Under the pieces are notes generated by a model that saw only the letters and a list, made by a program, of their open reading frames with translations, ran no database searches and had not been told where the DNA came from. DNA of 64,000 bases from Podarcis tiliguerta (lineage: Eukaryota), in assembly GCA_965153285.1 (NCBI GenBank), contig OZ229115.1; one strand, 5' to 3'. The position numbers and the translations under genes are program-made. Of this stretch, positions 60,602 to 64,000 are shown piece by piece; position 1 is the first letter of the stretch; the number at the start of each line of letters is the position of its first letter.

Positions 60602-62319
60602 ACAGAGAGAGATAGAGGTGAAGTGCAACCTTGTTGCTTCTATTCAATTGTTTCATGGCTTTCAACTGTAGTACCTTACTGGACCAGTTCAGCGGGATCC
60701 CCCTCCCTCTTTTAATTGTAAACATGCAAATTGTATTGATGAAGCTAAATTGCTTGACAACAAGAAGTGGAAGAAGTGGTAAATATTCTGCTGTTCCACA
60801 GGCAGTTTTCCATACTTGCAGGAACTAAGCCAGCAGGATTTTTAATCTTGAGGAGGGGAATGCTTTGTCCCGTGGTACATGGAACAGGTAGGCTGATCAT
60901 ATAGCTTATCCAAAAAAGTGGCTAAGTCTTCAGTAAACCACTGTATTATAGTGGTTCCATGCATACCTACGAGGCCTGTTCTACAGCATGGCATTGGGTG
61001 CCTGCATCTTGGCCTTGTGGGGGGTGAAGCAGGTAACTTCTTGTCTCTATTGCTGTTCAACATGAAGCTGTTCAAGATAGTCATTAGGAAATTTGGGGTG
61101 TGATGTCATCAGTATACAAATGACACCCAGCTCCACTTCTCTGTTACATCAGAGTTAGGAATATATATGCAAGTCTCCCTGGACAAAGGGATTGATGAGC
61201 GTCAATCTTGATAAAACAAAGGCCTTGTCAGTAGGATGTTCCCAGGTCTGGGGAGTGGACACATTGCCTGTTCTCTCTGAAGAACAGGTGCAAAGTCTGA
61301 GGGTACACCTTCATCCACTATTGTTGCTGGAGGCCCAAGTGCCCATGGTAGCCAGGGGTGCCTTTTACCAACTTTGGTTAGTGCACCAGCTGTGACAGTT
61401 CCCGGACAACCTAGACACAGAGATTCATACATTGGTAACGTCAAGGCAGGATTTCTGTAGTACACTCTTTGTGGGGATGCGCTTAAGGTTGGTCTGGAAA
61501 CTGCAGCTTGTGCAGATTGCTGCTGTTATGTTGCTGAGTGGAGCTATACCAATACCAATAGTATATGACAGCACTTTGGAAAGAACTGCCCTGGCATTTT
61601 TACCACTGCATAAAATCAGCATTTCCCCCATGTGATTATCAGTAAGATATTGTTATATATTATTTTAAATTGCTCTGCCAATGCTTAAGAAATAAAATTG
61701 ACAGATATGTGAGCGCATGTAGCTTAATGCTCAAGATTGGCATGTCTGTGTACATTGTTTTTTGAGAATTGCTTGTTGTTTGAAGAAAAGATACAACCTG
61801 AATATTATACAACAGATAAACATAAAACTACTGGGAAAGGTTTAATTCCCCAAGGCTGATTCTAGTAATAGTAACTGTTTGGCGGAGTCAAAGGGAATAT
61901 ATTGTAATAATAAGGATTGTTGGAAAAAGAATATTTAAAGAAAAAAATGTTTAGCAGAAATCATCAATATTTCTGTTTTTCCTCTATCCTTTCTGCTGCA
62001 TTTGCAAAAGCTGTTCCTCATAAATCTATAGTAAATTTTATTTACCATTTCTGCATCTAAAAGACCTCTTCCCTATTTGGGTTCCTATACCCAAGTACAA
62101 AATATAGTCATATCATATTTTAACATATTGTATATAGCGTGTGATGCATTTATACATTGCCACCAATTGTATTTTCCTCATCCTAAAGTGCATTAGTTCT
62201 GCACTCTATGATTGAGTCTATCAAGTATTTGTAGTGATTTAAATTAATTTAAATTCATGTTAACCAGAGAGGCTGTTATGCTCTGTAATGCCCACTGATA
62301 CAATCCTTTAAAGAGAGTA

Positions 62320-62820
62320 CCGTATTTTTCACCCTATAGGACGCACTTTTTCCCCTCCAAAAATGAAGGGGAAATGTGTGTGCGTCCTATGGGGCGAATG
62401 CAGGCTTTCGCTGAAGCCTGGAGAGCGAGAGGGGTCGGTGCGCACCTACCCCTCTCGCTCTTCAGGTTTCAGGAGAGCCCCACCGCCAGCCCCACAAGCT
62501 CGGGGGACAGCGGGGGGGCGGAACGCCGCCATCCCGCTGTCCCCTGACTTGGTTAGAAGGCTGGCGGGGGGGGGGGGGGAGAAGCCTGCTCATCCCCGTC
62601 GCCAGCCCCGCAAACTCGGGGGGCCGCGGGAGAGGCGCAGCTTCGGCATGGCTCTGGGTCCTGTTCTGGGGGCTGGGGTCAGGGGAAGCTCGGGCTTCCC
62701 CCGCCCGCCCGCCCCAGCCCCGCGCCTGGGGGGGAAAATAATTTTTCCCCTTTATCCCCCCCCCCCCCAAATCTAGGTGCGTCCTATGGGCCGGTGCGTC
62801 CTACAGGGCGAAAAATACGG
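62320..62820. mobile_element. Young GC-rich Tc1/mariner (Tc2/pogo-like) non-autonomous element
   Basis: TA-flanked TIRs CCGTATTTTTCaCCCTaTAGGACGCAC...GTGCGTCCTACAGGGCGAAAAATACGG; many intact CpGs. Confidence 0.85.
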
Positions 62821-63044
62821 TAACTACAATGCGGTGCTAAGGTTCAGCCTACACAGCGTATTCAAAACAGTATCCACACTAGAGGAATAAATTTGCTGCT
62901 GTTATAGAGCAAATTACAACTGTATTCAGCCACTGATTTCTGCTACCACTCCACTTGAAAAACTGAAACTTCCAGCTTACTAGAACCACCAGCTACTAAT
63001 TCTTCCTCCTCTGCCCTTGCTCAGTTTGCATACCATGCCAACAT

Positions 63045-63191
63045 ATGAAGCTGCCTTACGAGTCAGACCATTGCTGGATCTAGTTCAGTACTGCCTACAC
63101 TGACTGGCAATGACGCTCCAGGGTTTCAGGAGTTGCCATTAATTGAACCTGGGATATTTTGCATACAAACTAAGTGCTGTACCACTGAGCC
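63045..63191 (-). mobile_element. Degraded tRNA-derived SINE with CR1-like tail
   Basis: Minus strand ggctcagtggtacagcac..ccaggttcaat (A/B boxes); tail resembles the repeat near 50180-50260. Confidence 0.5.
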
Positions 63192-64000
63192 AGGACTCTT
63201 ACTTTAATTCCCTAAGTCTACATACATAGCAGTTTAAAGGACTGAGTGGGTAAATGAAGGTACTGCAAATACAGCTACTTTGATTTTTCCGATAATCACA
63301 CAAAGCAACAGGATTATATTTGTGCAATTTCCTTGAAGGTATTTATCAGGCTGTGTGGTCGGTCTGCAGCATACACACCACAAGTTGCATAAACAGCAGG
63401 AGTTTGTGGCACATCTGAGCAGGAGCAAGAAGTACTGGGAGCCTGGCTACAGCAAAGTGTCATCACCCCCATGCTCTGCTGGCCTCTCCTGTTCTGCATA
63501 CTCCTAAGGTTAGTAGGATCTGAGGCAAAACCAAACCATTGTAGAGAGGTTGTCTGTACTGTATAATAAATCTAGCATACACAAATCTACCATACACCTT
63601 TTCATTCTTTGGGCTTGAAATACTGTGGCACATTTGCTTAAAAAGTCATCTATTGTTGCATTTAGAAAAAAGAGGAGGGTCAGTAAAACTATCCAGCTAA
63701 TTATGTCTTCAATTTACTATTTATTTAAATATTATATTTTCCCTTCATTAAAATAATAACATGGATGATGGTAGTATTCTGTTTGATTTACAGCCCTCCA
63801 GATCAGCTTTGTCATCTTGCCACTGAAACACACTGTGTGCTGATATCTTAGCTTCCAAGTAAAAGAGGATCTAATTATAATGCAGTAGAATTAACAAGAA
63901 TGGAAAAGTAAATATAGTTTACAAGCAGGTGATATACTAAAGTTTTAGCAACTCTGGATAAAAGCTGTTCTGAGTATCTTGGTCCTGAATTTACTTTGAT

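Larger units (their letters stand above)
59040..61560 (+). mobile_element. Long degraded L2 LINE ORF2/RT fragment interrupted by nested insertions
   Basis: Collinear remnants FARHFNDEI..IHDDLD (about 59260), LKEAGVQPLLKK..FLGKML (about 59540), LDSFQSGFR (about 60050), LLFNM..HQYT.DTQL (about 61050-61130), LDKTK, LGV.L..LL.EAQV..VARGAFYQL, KLQLVQ.AA. Confidence 0.7.

Noticed and set aside
62320-62820. CpG-rich region as the PHF20 promoter or first exon, and ORFs 62363-62776 and 62462-62770
   Set aside because: It is bounded exactly by TIRs and TA duplications, so it is a transposon. The real promoter probably lies beyond 64000.

Overview
This is vertebrate genomic DNA from a squamate reptile, probably a lacertid lizard, judged from a full-length Sauria SINE and the MITE families present. 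Three intron-containing genes were reconstructed by reading splice sites and codon phase by hand. (1) The 3' half of NDRG3 on +: 8 coding exons at 682-8070, including a 39-nt cassette exon, and a 3'UTR to about 10.6 kb. (2) The complete SLA2 (SLAP-2) CDS on +: 7 exons at 16759-21834, 269 aa, with a probable non-coding first exon and RUNX/ETS promoter near 13.8-14.2 kb. (3) The complete PHF20 CDS on -: 17 exons at 52162-24138, 998 aa; its first exon and promoter were not found in the window. SLA2 and PHF20 converge, with poly(A) signals about 300 bp apart. The introns carry Sauria and tRNA-derived SINEs, CR1 and L2 LINE fragments, hAT and Tc1/mariner-type MITEs, a Penelope-derived fold-back repeat with a minimal hammerhead ribozyme motif, and microsatellites. 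Most ORFs in the supplied track are spurious. No clearly new biological system can be shown from sequence alone. The best leads are two PHF20 exons that rebuild a strong splice donor after splicing, the hammerhead motif inside a nested TE stack, loss of both reported Akt sites in PHF20, and candidate poison exons.
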